Source: Candidatus Latescibacterota bacterium
GTDB lineage: Bacteria; Latescibacterota; UBA2968; UBA8231
Direction: 5' to 3'
Length of the DNA stretch: 64,000 nt
NCBI GenBank assembly: GCA_965221775.1
Contig: CBDCSU010000006.1
Coordinates: forward strand, 1,952,001-2,016,000
Positions 32,580 to 41,835 of the stretch are shown piece by piece (positions within the stretch are counted from its first letter, which is position 1; each line of letters starts with the position of its first letter). The notes below the pieces were generated by a model, which saw only the letters and a list, made by a program, of their open reading frames with translations, searched no databases and was not told where the DNA came from. The translations under genes were made by a program, and so were the position numbers.

Positions 32580-32609
32580 AGTCTAACGGTGGACGGCAAA
32601 AGGTGTCAA
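32580..32609 (-). promoter_or_regulatory. Sigma70 promoter of gltA (TTGACA-18-TAGACT)
   Basis: Near-consensus hexamers 40 bp upstream of the start codon. Confidence 0.65.
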
Positions 32610-32662
32610 CGTCCCCGGCGACGCGGGGGACCGCACCCAACCGGGCCCCGCGGCCGCCTCGT

Positions 32663-33571
32663 TCATCCCCGATCCAGGAGGGCGCGCACGAACTCCGGGC
32701 CGTCGAAGGGCTGCAGGTCGTCGAGGCCCTCGCCCAGGCCGAGCAGGCGAATCGGCACGTCCAGCTCCCGGCGCAGGGCGAAGGCGATGCCGCCGCGGGC
32801 GGTGCCGTCGAGCTTGGTGAGGGCCAGGCCCGTCAGCTCCAGGGCCGAGTGGAACTCCCGGGCCTGGGCCAGGGCGTTCTGGCCGGTGGTGGCGTCGAGG
32901 ACGAGAAGCCTCTCCTGGGGGGCCCCGTCGAGGCACCGGGCCAGCGACCGGCGGATCTTCTTCAGCTCCTCCATGAGGTTGACGTGGGTGTGGAGCCTCC
33001 CCGCCGTGTCGACGAGGAGCACGTCCGCGTCCCGGGCCCGGGCGGCCTGGGCCGCGTCGAAGGCGACCGCCCCCGGGTCGGCCCCCTGCCGGGAGCGCAC
33101 GATCTCGGCGCCGGCGCGCTCGGCCCATACCTGCAACTGGGCCACGGCGCCGGCCCGGAAGGTGTCGCAGGCCGCCACCATCACCTTGCGGTTCTCGCCG
33201 GCGTAGCGCTGCGCGAGCTTGCCGATGGTGGTCGTCTTGCCGGCGCCGTTGACCCCGGCCACCAGGATCACCCAGGGCCGCGCCGGCAGGTGGGTGACGT
33301 CGAAGCCCTCTCCGGGCGGGAAGATCGCCTCCAGCTCCGCTGCCAACAGCTCGAAAGCGTCCCCCTCCGAGTCCCGCACCCGGGTGCGCAGGCCGCCGGC
33401 GATGGCCGCCGAAGTATCGACGCCCACGTCGGCCGAGATCAGGATCTCCTCGATCTCGTCGAGGAGATCGTCGTCGAGGCGGCGGTCGCTCACGGCGTCG
33501 GCGACGGCCTCGACCACGGCGGAGCGCGTGCGCGACAGGCCGGCGCGGATGCGGTCGAAGAAACCCTGCAC
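32663..33571 (-). CDS. ftsY: Signal recognition particle receptor FtsY (NG domain only)
   Basis: GTG start 'GFFDRIRAGLSRTR'; GVNGAGKTTT, DTFRAGA, DTAGR, TKLDGTARGG. Confidence 0.95.
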   Translation of the reverse strand: MQGFFDRIRAGLSRTRSAVVEAVADAVSDRRLDDDLLDEIEEILISADVGVDTSAAIAGGLRTRVRDSEGDAFELLAAELEAIFPPGEGFDVTHLPARPWVILVAGVNGAGKTTTIGKLAQRYAGENRKVMVAACDTFRAGAVAQLQVWAERAGAEIVRSRQGADPGAVAFDAAQAARARDADVLLVDTAGRLHTHVNLMEELKKIRRSLARCLDGAPQERLLVLDATTGQNALAQAREFHSALELTGLALTKLDGTARGGIAFALRRELDVPIRLLGLGEGLDDLQPFDGPEFVRALLDRG

Positions 33572-33816
33572 GGGGGGGCCCTCAGCCGCGGACCGGGGGC
33601 TGACCCCCTCCGGCGGGGGGGCGGTGGGTCGGGTGCATGCTCTTCTCCCGGGGGCTTCGGTCTGGATCGGTCCGCCGCCCATGGGCCGGTGACCCCGATG
33701 GCCGGCAGCAGTCAGGAAGGAAAGGTCGGTACAGAATGCCGTCCGGTCCGCGGAAGTGTCAAGAATCCGGGAGCGGGGAGCGGCTGCCGCACCGACGAAG
33801 CCCACCCTCCCCCCGA

Positions 33817-33845
33817 TTGACGGGAGGGGTGTGGACGGGTACATT
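33817..33845 (+). promoter_or_regulatory. Sigma70 promoter TTGACG-17-TACATT upstream of the S55 peptidase operon
   Basis: Hexamers at 33817-33822 and 33840-33845. Confidence 0.65.
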
Positions 33846-33905
33846 GGCCGGCTCCCTATCCGGAGGCGCACCTCTTTGGGGTACAACCAGTTACGAGCAC
33901 CGGGC

Positions 33906-35633
33906 ATGCCCTTGGGCGGGATTTTCGGCGGTCTGCTTGGCGCGGCTTCCTGCATCCTCCTCCTCCATGCCCCGGCTGCCGCGGTCGAGTTGGCGCCGGT
34001 GTCCGAGCTCGCCCGGGGGATGCGGGGATACGGCCTGACCGTTGTCGAGGGCACCCGCATCGACACCTTCGACGTTGAGATCCTGGGGGTGGAGCACAAC
34101 TCGATGCTCCCAGGCCGCGACGTCATCCTCGTCCGGCTGTCCGGCCTGGGGCTGGAGGAGACGGGTCTCGTGGCCGGTATGAGCGGCAGTCCGGTCTACG
34201 TCGAAGGGCGCCTGGTGGGCGCCGTGGCCTGGGGCTGGTTCGCCGCCGACGAGCCGGTGGGACTGCTCACCCCGATCCACGAGATGCTCGCGGTCATGGA
34301 GCGGGACCTGTCGGCCCCGGCCCGGGGATCCACCGCGGCGCCGGTACCGGCGCGGCCCTCCGGCCTGGTGCGCCTGGCGGCGCCCGTGTGGGTGTCGGGC
34401 GTCGGCCGCGGGACCGCGCAACGCATGACCGAGCTCCTGTCGCCCCTCGGCCTCGAGCCCCTCCTGTCTCCGGCCGGTGAAGATCCCTCCCTGGAGACGC
34501 CGCCGCTGCGGGCGGGCAGCGCCGTGGGAGTGCAGCTGGTCGGCGGCGATCTGAGCATGGTCGGCATCGGCACGGTGACCCATGTGGACGGCGACCGCCT
34601 GGTCGCCTTCGGCCACGACTTCGTCGGCAGCGGCGCCATCGACCTGCCGATGACGGGGGCCCACATCTTCGGCGTCCTCGACCACCGGTTCCGCTCCTTC
34701 AAGCTGGGCGCGGCCACGGCCACCGTCGGAGCCGTGCGGCAGGACCGCTTCGGGGGGATCGCCGGCCTCACCGGGGCGAGGGCGGGCGTGCTCCCGGTGG
34801 AGATGGCCGTCGCCCCGGAGGGCGAGACCCGGGAGTTCCGGTTCGAGGTCGCCCGGCTCCGGTTCTTCACCGCCGGCCTGATCCAGTCGGCGTTGATAGG
34901 GGCCTTGGAGTCCACCTCCAAGGTGATGGGCGAGGCCTCGATCGATCTGAACATCGACATCGAGCTGGACGACGGCCGCAAGGTGACGTGGGACCAGATC
35001 TACAGCGGGGTCGACGCGACCTTTGGCGCCGCCATCGATGCCGGCACACCTCTGCGAGCCCTGGCCCGCTCCTCCTTCGAGGGGATCCGCCTGGCCGGGG
35101 TGCGGATGCGGGCCGATGTGAGGGAGGAGGTGCGCGTCGCGCGACTCTCGGGGGCGGGCCTGGACCGGCCGAGGGTTCGCGCCGGGGAGGAGGTCACCGT
35201 CTCGGTGCGGCTGTCTCCCTACAGGAGCGCCGAGAGAGTCCTCCAGATCCCGGTGCGGGTTCCGGCCGGCGCGGCCGGAGAACTGGGGGTGAGGGTTGGG
35301 TCGGGTCGCTCCGCCAACGGCTGGGAGGAAGAGCGCCTGGGGGCTGGCCCTGCGGCAGACGCCGAGGAGTTGCTGAGGCGTCTGAACCGGCCCCGGCGGG
35401 AGGACGAGCTGGTCGTGCAGCTGACCGTCGCCGAGCCGGGGCTGACCTTGGACGGCCGCGAGCTGCCCTCGCCGCCCCCCTCGGTACACCGGCTGTTGTC
35501 GCAGTCGCCGGTGGCGGGCAGCACCCGCATGGTGGCCTGGCGGGTCCTGGCGGAAGAACGCGTGCCCGCCGGCTTCGTCCTGCGCGGGGAGCAGAGCCTC
35601 GTCCTCGAGGTGGACCCGGAGGGCCGCCGATGA
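33906..35633 (+). CDS. SpoIVB peptidase S55 domain protein, exported
   Basis: 'GMRGYGLTV..G..F.VEILGV', 'GLVAGMSGSPVY..GRLVGAVA', 'AFGH'; signal peptide. Confidence 0.88.
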   Translation: MPLGGIFGGLLGAASCILLLHAPAAAVELAPVSELARGMRGYGLTVVEGTRIDTFDVEILGVEHNSMLPGRDVILVRLSGLGLEETGLVAGMSGSPVYVEGRLVGAVAWGWFAADEPVGLLTPIHEMLAVMERDLSAPARGSTAAPVPARPSGLVRLAAPVWVSGVGRGTAQRMTELLSPLGLEPLLSPAGEDPSLETPPLRAGSAVGVQLVGGDLSMVGIGTVTHVDGDRLVAFGHDFVGSGAIDLPMTGAHIFGVLDHRFRSFKLGAATATVGAVRQDRFGGIAGLTGARAGVLPVEMAVAPEGETREFRFEVARLRFFTAGLIQSALIGALESTSKVMGEASIDLNIDIELDDGRKVTWDQIYSGVDATFGAAIDAGTPLRALARSSFEGIRLAGVRMRADVREEVRVARLSGAGLDRPRVRAGEEVTVSVRLSPYRSAERVLQIPVRVPAGAAGELGVRVGSGRSANGWEEERLGAGPAADAEELLRRLNRPRREDELVVQLTVAEPGLTLDGRELPSPPPSVHRLLSQSPVAGSTRMVAWRVLAEERVPAGFVLRGEQSLVLEVDPEGRR

Positions 35634-37675
35634 AGCCGCTGATCCGCCGAATCCAACTGCTCCTCTGCCTGGCCGCTCCCGGGTGGAGCGTCGATCCGGT
35701 CACCCTTCACCAGGCCCGGTACTCCGACTTCGAGGCCGGCACCGGCGAGGGCGTCGCCCTGCTCTCCGAGGGCGAGCTTGCCCTGGGCCCGGTCCTGGCT
35801 CCCCTGGCCGAGGTCGATGGCCGCCGCATCTGGACCTTGGCAGCCGATGGTGCCGACTTGTGGGTCGGCACGGGAGATGACGGCCGCATTTTCCACATGA
35901 CGGACAAGGACACCTCTCCGCAGCTGCTCTTCGACTCGCCCGAAGTCGGGATACACGCCCTTCAGCCGTCGGATGGCGGGCTCTTCGCCGGCACTTCTCC
36001 CGACGGGGTCGTCTACCACCTCAGCCCGACGGGCGAGCTGGCCTCGGAGACCCGCTCGGGGAGCCGCTATGTCTGGGACCTGGCCCTCGACCGCCGGGGG
36101 CGGCTGCTCGTGGCTGCCGGCGCACCGGCGCGTGTGCTGCGCCTGGACGGCGGCGAGGTGGACACCCTGTTCCAGGGAGGCACCGCTGGTCATGTGCGCG
36201 CCCTGGCGGGCGCCGGCTCGCGGTGGTATGCCGGCACCGCCGTCTCCGGCCCCGGAGAGGACGCTTCGAGGCCACCGGGCCGGGCCCGCATCTACGAGCT
36301 CACCGGGTCGCGGGCCCGCCTGGTGGTTGAGACCGACGCAGAGGAGGTGACCCATCTCCTCGCTGTGGGGGACACTCTCTTCGCCGCCGTCGTCGGCTCG
36401 GCACCGGCCCCGAAGGGGGGAGGCCCGGAGTCGCTGGCGACTCTGCTGAGGATCGATCCGGACGGGGGGTCCTACCCCTTGTGGCGCGGCCGTGGAGTGT
36501 GGGCCGGGATCGCCAACCTCGGAGGCGGCTGGCTGGCCGCGGTCCTGCGCGATCCGGCACAGGCCCTGCGGGTGTGCACCGAGGGATTGTTGATCGAGCG
36601 CCTCGCCGCCGCCGATTCCCTGTCGCCGAACGCGCTTCTGCTCCATGGGGGCGACTGGATCCTCGGCGACGGGCTCACGGGGCGGCTGTCGCGCCTGACG
36701 CCCAGCGCCGCCGACAGCGGATTCTTCGACGCCCCGGTGGAGGACCTCGGGGGCCACGGACACTGGGGGGCGGTGACCTGGGAGGCCACGGTCCCCGAAG
36801 GCACCGGGCTCTTCCTGCGGACCCGCTCGGGCAACACGGCCACGCCGGACGAGACCTGGAGCGAGTGGTCGGAGAAGGTCCGGGAGTCCGGCACGGCGAT
36901 CGCCAGCCCCCCGGCGCGCTACCTGCAGTACCGCCTGGTCCTGTCGTCGCGGGATCCTCGACAAACGCCCCTGGTCCGGCGCGTGTCGATGGCCGCGCGG
37001 CCGACGAACCTCCCTCCCCGCATCTCCGAGGTGAGCACCTTCGCCTATCGCGGCAATCCCCAGGGCCAGGGACCTCCTCCGCCGCCCCAGAACGGACCCC
37101 GCGACGGAAACCGGGGGCTCCCCCGGAGCAAGAGCCTGCGTCTCGTGCGCTGGCAGGCACAGGACCCGAACGGCGACGAGCTCAGCTACCGCGTCTACCT
37201 GCGCGGCGAGAATCAGCGGCAGTGGAAGCTGGTGGAGGACCGGATCGCCCAGACCACCCTGTTCTGGGACACGGAGAGCATGCCCGAGGGCACGACGCAG
37301 CTGCGTGTGGTCGCTTCCGACGCCCCGGACAACCCACCGGAGCTGGCCCTCGAGGACGACTACGTGAGCGCTCCCTTCCCCATCGACAACACCCCGCCCC
37401 GGGTCCGTCTGACGGCGAGCCGGGAGCGTGGCGGGATCCGCCTCCACGCGGAGATCGAGGACGCCGTCACCGCGATCCACGGGGCCCGCTACAGCGTCGA
37501 TTACGACGACGAGGGCACGCGCCTGGCCGCCGCCGACGGGGTCTTCGACGGCGGGCGGGAGGAGGCGGACTTCCGGGTCGAGGACCTGGAGCCGGGAGAG
37601 CACGTCATCTCCGTGCAGGCGTGGGACGCCCTCGACAACGTCGGCGTGGCCCGCATTCTCGTGGAAGTCGAGTAG
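35630..37675 (+). CDS. Exported beta-propeller protein with C-terminal FN3/Ig-like domains
   Basis: ATGA overlap; propeller repeats (IWTLA, GTSPDGVVY, YVWDLA), 'TRSGNT..PD.TWSEWS', 'DPNGDELSY', 'DNTPP'. Confidence 0.75.
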   Translation: MKPLIRRIQLLLCLAAPGWSVDPVTLHQARYSDFEAGTGEGVALLSEGELALGPVLAPLAEVDGRRIWTLAADGADLWVGTGDDGRIFHMTDKDTSPQLLFDSPEVGIHALQPSDGGLFAGTSPDGVVYHLSPTGELASETRSGSRYVWDLALDRRGRLLVAAGAPARVLRLDGGEVDTLFQGGTAGHVRALAGAGSRWYAGTAVSGPGEDASRPPGRARIYELTGSRARLVVETDAEEVTHLLAVGDTLFAAVVGSAPAPKGGGPESLATLLRIDPDGGSYPLWRGRGVWAGIANLGGGWLAAVLRDPAQALRVCTEGLLIERLAAADSLSPNALLLHGGDWILGDGLTGRLSRLTPSAADSGFFDAPVEDLGGHGHWGAVTWEATVPEGTGLFLRTRSGNTATPDETWSEWSEKVRESGTAIASPPARYLQYRLVLSSRDPRQTPLVRRVSMAARPTNLPPRISEVSTFAYRGNPQGQGPPPPPQNGPRDGNRGLPRSKSLRLVRWQAQDPNGDELSYRVYLRGENQRQWKLVEDRIAQTTLFWDTESMPEGTTQLRVVASDAPDNPPELALEDDYVSAPFPIDNTPPRVRLTASRERGGIRLHAEIEDAVTAIHGARYSVDYDDEGTRLAAADGVFDGGREEADFRVEDLEPGEHVISVQAWDALDNVGVARILVEVE

Positions 37676-37683
37676 CCCCCGGG

Positions 37684-38781
37684 TTGGATGACGCCAAGGC
37701 ACTCGGCCGGGCCCTGGTCCTGGCCGCCCGGGGCCGAGGCAGAGTGAGCCCGAACCCGCTCGTCGGCGCCGTCGTCGCCGACCGGTGCGGAACCGTCGTC
37801 GGCGAAGGCTGGCACCGCAGGGTCGGCGGCCCCCATGCCGAGGTCGAAGCCCTGCGGGCGGCCGGCGAGAGCGCCCGCGGCGGCACCCTGTTCTGCAACC
37901 TTGAGCCCTGCTCCTTTCACGGTCGAACCCCCCCGTGCGCCGAGGCGGTGGTCGCCGCCGGTGTGCGCCGGGTCGTCTGCGCCCTGCAGGATCCCGACCC
38001 GCGGGTCGACGGCCGGGGCTTCCGGCGCCTCCGGGAGGCCGGTATCGAGGTCGAGGTGGGTGTCCGCGCGGCCGAGGCGGAGGAGCTGAATGCCGCCTAC
38101 CTGCACCACCGGCGCACCGGACGGCCGCTGGTGGTGCTCAAGCTGGGCCAGTCCCTCGACGGTCGCATCGCCACGGCCTCAGGGGCCTCGCGGTGGATCA
38201 CCGGCGAGGCGGCCCGGCGGCACGCCCACCGCTGGCGTTCCTGGACCGACGCGGTGGCCGTGGGGGCCGGCACGGTCATCGCCGACAACCCGGCCCTGAC
38301 GGTGCGCCACGTGAAAGGCCGGGACCCGCGGCCTATTGTCGTCGACGGGCACCTGCGCTGCCCGCCGTCGGCGAAGGTCTTCGGGGGCCGGGAGCCGATC
38401 CTGGCGACATCGGCATCGGCCCCGGAGGCGGAGCGCCGGCGGTTCGCCGAGCGCGGCGTCGAGGTCTGGACGCTGGCCGACAAGGGCGGGACCTTCGAGT
38501 TGGGAGAGCTGTGGGCCCGGGCCGGCCAGGCGGGTCTCACCAGCGTCCTCGTCGAAGGCGGCCGCGGGCTGGCGGGCGCGGCCCTGCGGACCCGGTCGGT
38601 GGACCGCGTCATGATCTACATCGCCCCGCGCCTGCTGGGCGGCGATGCCCTGGCCGGCGTCGGCGAACTGGGCCTGGAATCCCCGGCGGAGACCCCGATC
38701 ATCGAGCAGGTGCGCACCCGACGCCTGGGAGAGGACCTGCTCTACACCGGGAAGGTGGTCTACCCGTGTTCACCGGACTGA
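37684..38781 (+). CDS. ribD: Bifunctional deaminase/reductase RibD
   Basis: PNPLVGAV, HAE, LEPC..PPC, SLDGRIA, WIT, VEGG. Confidence 0.95.
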   Translation: MDDAKALGRALVLAARGRGRVSPNPLVGAVVADRCGTVVGEGWHRRVGGPHAEVEALRAAGESARGGTLFCNLEPCSFHGRTPPCAEAVVAAGVRRVVCALQDPDPRVDGRGFRRLREAGIEVEVGVRAAEAEELNAAYLHHRRTGRPLVVLKLGQSLDGRIATASGASRWITGEAARRHAHRWRSWTDAVAVGAGTVIADNPALTVRHVKGRDPRPIVVDGHLRCPPSAKVFGGREPILATSASAPEAERRRFAERGVEVWTLADKGGTFELGELWARAGQAGLTSVLVEGGRGLAGAALRTRSVDRVMIYIAPRLLGGDALAGVGELGLESPAETPIIEQVRTRRLGEDLLYTGKVVYPCSPD

Positions 38782-39419
38782 TCGAGGAGGTGGGCACCGT
38801 CCGCCGGGTCGAGGCCCGGGGGGAGGCTCTGCGGCGCCTGGAGATCGAGGCCCCGGGTATCTGCGCGGACCTGAAGGCCGGGGACAGCGTCAACATCAAC
38901 GGCGCTTGCCAGACCGCCGTGGACCGGAGAGGCGGGAGGTTCCTCGTCGAGTCGGTGGCCGAAACCCTTCGGCGCACGACTCTGGGGGAGCTGCGGCCGG
39001 GATCGCCCGTCAACCTGGAGCGCTCTCTGCGCCCGACCGACCGGCTGGGCGGGCACCTGGTCCTCGGGCACGTGGACGGGGTCGGAACCGTGCGCCGTCT
39101 CGATGTCGCCGCCGGCGACACCGTCCTCGAAGTGGCCCCCCCGGCGGAGCTGGCCCGCTATCTGGCGGCCAAGGGATGCGTCGCCGTCGACGGCATCAGC
39201 CTGACCCTCGTCGAGGTCGCCGCCGACGGCACCTTTACCATCGCTATCATACCGCATACATTAGCACATACGACCCTTTCCCAGGTCCTCGCGGGCGCCC
39301 GGGTGAACCTCGAGATCGACGTGGTTGCCCGCTACGTGGAGCGCCTTCTGGAGGCCGGCCGCTCCCCCATCCCGGGCGGCCTCACCCTCGACGCCCTCCG
39401 GGACTTGGGATACACCTGA
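38766..39419 (+). CDS. ribE: Riboflavin synthase
   Basis: (M)FTGLIEE, NGACQT, VNLERS, GGHLVLGHVDG, DGISLT, IPHT. Confidence 0.96.
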   Translation: MFTGLIEEVGTVRRVEARGEALRRLEIEAPGICADLKAGDSVNINGACQTAVDRRGGRFLVESVAETLRRTTLGELRPGSPVNLERSLRPTDRLGGHLVLGHVDGVGTVRRLDVAAGDTVLEVAPPAELARYLAAKGCVAVDGISLTLVEVAADGTFTIAIIPHTLAHTTLSQVLAGARVNLEIDVVARYVERLLEAGRSPIPGGLTLDALRDLGYT

Positions 39420-39423
39420 TGAC

Positions 39424-39448
39424 GCCCGGCTTCGGCCGGGCTTTTTTT
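39424..39448 (+). terminator. Intrinsic terminator-like hairpin GCCCGGC-TTCG-GCCGGGC-T7 inside the rib operon
   Basis: Perfect 7-bp GC stem, cUUCGg tetraloop, followed immediately by seven T. Confidence 0.75.
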
Positions 39449-40688
39449 GACCTTGTCCGACTTCAACACCATCGAGGAGAGCATCGAGGACCTGGCCGCC
39501 GGCCGCATGGTGGTCCTGGTGGACGAACGCGCCGTCGACGTGGACGGGTCCGATCTCGTTGGCGAGGGCGAGCTGGTCATGGTCGCCGAGCTCGCCGACG
39601 CCGCCTCCGTCAACTTCATCACCCGGCACGCGGGAGGCCCGGTCTACGTCTCCGCCGACCGCGAGCGGCTCGAGGCATCGGGCCTGGAGCTGGCCCGCCC
39701 CGGCGGCGGCGGCCCTCGGAGCGCGGCCTGCATGACCTCGGTAAACGCCCGCGAAGTGACGGGCACCGGGGTCTCGGCCCAGGAACGCGCCCTCACCATC
39801 CGCCGCCTGGCCGATCCCGACAGCCGCGGCGCCGACTTCGTGCAGCCCGGCCACGTGACGCCCATCGCCGCCCAACCCGGTGGGGTGTTGCGGAGGGCGG
39901 GCCACACCGAGGCCTCCGTCGACCTGGCACGGTTGGCCGGTTTCGAGCCGGTGGCGCTTCTGGCCTCGGTCCTAGACGCCGACGGAGAGCTGGCGTCCAC
40001 CCCCTACCTCCTCGAGTTCGCCGCCCGCCACGGCCTCAAGATCGCCACCATCCGCGATCTGATCGCCCATCGGCGCCGGTCCGAGAAGCTGATCGAGCTG
40101 CAGGCCCGGACCCCCATGCCCACCGAGCACGGCGAGTTCACCGTCTACGCCTACCGCTCCCTGGTCGATGGCAGTCCGTACATCGCCCTGGTCATGGGAG
40201 ATGTCGCCGACGGCGCGCCGACACTGGTGCGCATGCACTCCTCCTGCGTCACCGGCGACGCCCTGGGCTCGTATCTGTGCGACTGCGGCGAGCAGCTGGA
40301 GCGGGCCATGTCTCTGATCGCCTCCGAGGGCCGAGGGGTGATCGTTTACATCCAGAGTCACGAGGGCCGCGGCATCGGGCTGATTCACAAGCTCAAGGCC
40401 TACGAGCTGCAGCAGAGCCAGGGGCTCGACACGGTCGAGGCCAACCACGCCCTCGGCCTGCCCGCCGACGCCCGGGACTACGGTATCGGCGCCCAGGTCC
40501 TCTACGACCTCGGTCTGCGGCAGTTGCGCCTGCTGACCAACAACCCGCGCAAGCGCGTCGGCCTCGAGGGCTACGGGCTGACCGTGGTCGAGGAAGTGTC
40601 GCTGGCGGCGGAGCCCAACCGGCACAACATCCGCTACCTGCGGACCAAGCGAGACCGCATGGGGCACACCAACCTGCTCTCGGAATGA
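39447..40688 (+). CDS. ribBA: RibBA: GTP cyclohydrolase II with an N-terminal, apparently degenerate DHBP-synthase domain (start uncertain: TTG 39447 or 39453)
   Basis: RibA motifs RMHSSCVTGD..GS..CDCG, EGRGIGL, RDYG, LLTNNP; RibB motifs PGH and RAGHTEA. Confidence 0.9.
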   Translation: MTLSDFNTIEESIEDLAAGRMVVLVDERAVDVDGSDLVGEGELVMVAELADAASVNFITRHAGGPVYVSADRERLEASGLELARPGGGGPRSAACMTSVNAREVTGTGVSAQERALTIRRLADPDSRGADFVQPGHVTPIAAQPGGVLRRAGHTEASVDLARLAGFEPVALLASVLDADGELASTPYLLEFAARHGLKIATIRDLIAHRRRSEKLIELQARTPMPTEHGEFTVYAYRSLVDGSPYIALVMGDVADGAPTLVRMHSSCVTGDALGSYLCDCGEQLERAMSLIASEGRGVIVYIQSHEGRGIGLIHKLKAYELQQSQGLDTVEANHALGLPADARDYGIGAQVLYDLGLRQLRLLTNNPRKRVGLEGYGLTVVEEVSLAAEPNRHNIRYLRTKRDRMGHTNLLSE

Positions 40689-40697
40689 GGGGACCCG

Positions 40698-41165
40698 ATG
40701 CCGAAAGTGCATGAGGGCAAGCTCGAGGCCGGCAGCCGGCGCTTCGCCATCGTCGTGGCCCGCTTCAACAGTCTGATCACGGGCAAGCTGCTCGAGGGCG
40801 CGCTGGACTGCCTGCGGCGCCACGGATGCCCGGAGGACAACGTCGAGGTCGCCTGGGTCCCCGGCTCCTTCGAGCTGCCCCTGGTGGCGCGCCGGCTGGC
40901 GGGCACCGGGCGCTTCGACGCGGTCATCTGCCTCGGCGCGGTGATCCGCTCCGAGACCCCCCACTTCGACTTCGTCGCCGCCGAGACGGCTCGCGGCATC
41001 GCCCGGGTCGGCCTCGACAGCGGCACCCCCGTGACCTTCGGCGTCATCACCACCGATGACACCGAGCAGGCGGTGAACCGGGCCGGCGTGCGTTCCGGAA
41101 ACCGCGGGTGGGACGCGGCGATGAACGCCATCGAGATGGCCGACCTGATGGCCGGCCTGGACTGA
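40698..41165 (+). CDS. ribH: 6,7-dimethyl-8-ribityllumazine synthase
   Basis: [34 protein letters not shown]. Confidence 0.96.
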   Translation: MPKVHEGKLEAGSRRFAIVVARFNSLITGKLLEGALDCLRRHGCPEDNVEVAWVPGSFELPLVARRLAGTGRFDAVICLGAVIRSETPHFDFVAAETARGIARVGLDSGTPVTFGVITTDDTEQAVNRAGVRSGNRGWDAAMNAIEMADLMAGLD

Positions 41166-41174
41166 CAAGAGGCC

Positions 41175-41633
41175 GTGACCGGCGCCGCCGACGAGTGGGG
41201 AGTGGAAGAGGAGGAGCTGCCGGACAGTCGTAGCGGCGCCCGGCGGCTGGCTCTCGAGGTTCTCTACTGGGAAGTGGCGTCACCGGGGCAGCTCGAGGAG
41301 GCCCTGCGGCAGCGGGCCACGGCCGCCGGCCTCCGGCGGGAGAACGTCGAGTTCGCCAGCCGCCTGGCGCGGGCGGCCGTGGAGCACGCCGAGGAGCTCC
41401 ATGGCCTGATCTCCTCCACCACCACCAACTGGAGCAGCGACCGCATCGCCCGCCTCGACGGGCTCGTGCTTCGGCTCGGGGCTGCCGAGCTGCTCTATTT
41501 CGACGACGTTCCCGGCCGGGTGGCCATCGACGAGGCCGTGGAATTGGCCCGCACCTACGGCGGCGGTCAGTCCCATGCCTTCGTCAACGGGGTTCTGGAC
41601 GGAATCGCGAGGGCCCGCGGCATCCGGTTGTGA
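41175..41633 (+). CDS. nusB: Transcription antitermination factor NusB
   Basis: R..AR..ALEVLY, NW..DRIA.LD..VLRLG, VAIDEAVELA, FVNGVLD. Confidence 0.93.
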   Translation: MTGAADEWGVEEEELPDSRSGARRLALEVLYWEVASPGQLEEALRQRATAAGLRRENVEFASRLARAAVEHAEELHGLISSTTTNWSSDRIARLDGLVLRLGAAELLYFDDVPGRVAIDEAVELARTYGGGQSHAFVNGVLDGIARARGIRL

Positions 41634-41835
41634 CCCGCCCCCGCAGGGCCGGTGCGCCGGTGGCCGTTTCCCGGAGCGTCGAGTATCTTTGCCGCACTGG
41701 TTCCCGCCCGTCCGGTACGCGGGACGCTTCCCCTGCCGTGAGGAACTCGGCCGCCGGGAGATGCTCCGGTCGCCCCCCGCGCCTGGCATCCGAAATCCCG
41801 ATCCGTTTCCCATCACACCGAACCGCACACAGGCC

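Noticed and set aside
33700-33730. SRP RNA (ffs) next to ftsY, suggested by GCAGCAGTCAGGAAGGAAAG
   Set aside because: The elements are not in the order of the SRP domain IV motif (CAGG-N-GNRA-N-AGCAG), and no enclosing helix is evident.
33846-33905. FMN or other riboswitch ahead of the operon containing rib genes
   Set aside because: The leader is only about 55 nt and lacks RFN consensus blocks; ribD itself has only an 8-bp upstream gap.
36481-37683. N-terminal extensions of ribD, ftsY, tgt, secA, cocE and gldA shown in the ORF track
   Set aside because: The extensions overlap other real genes or promoters and are Arg/Pro/Gly-rich noise; starts were reassigned to the conserved N-termini.
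41634-41835. SecM-like leader peptide upstream of secA
   Set aside because: No ORF with a signal peptide, SD or arrest-like motif; only a plausible TATCTT -10 and a GC-rich UTR.
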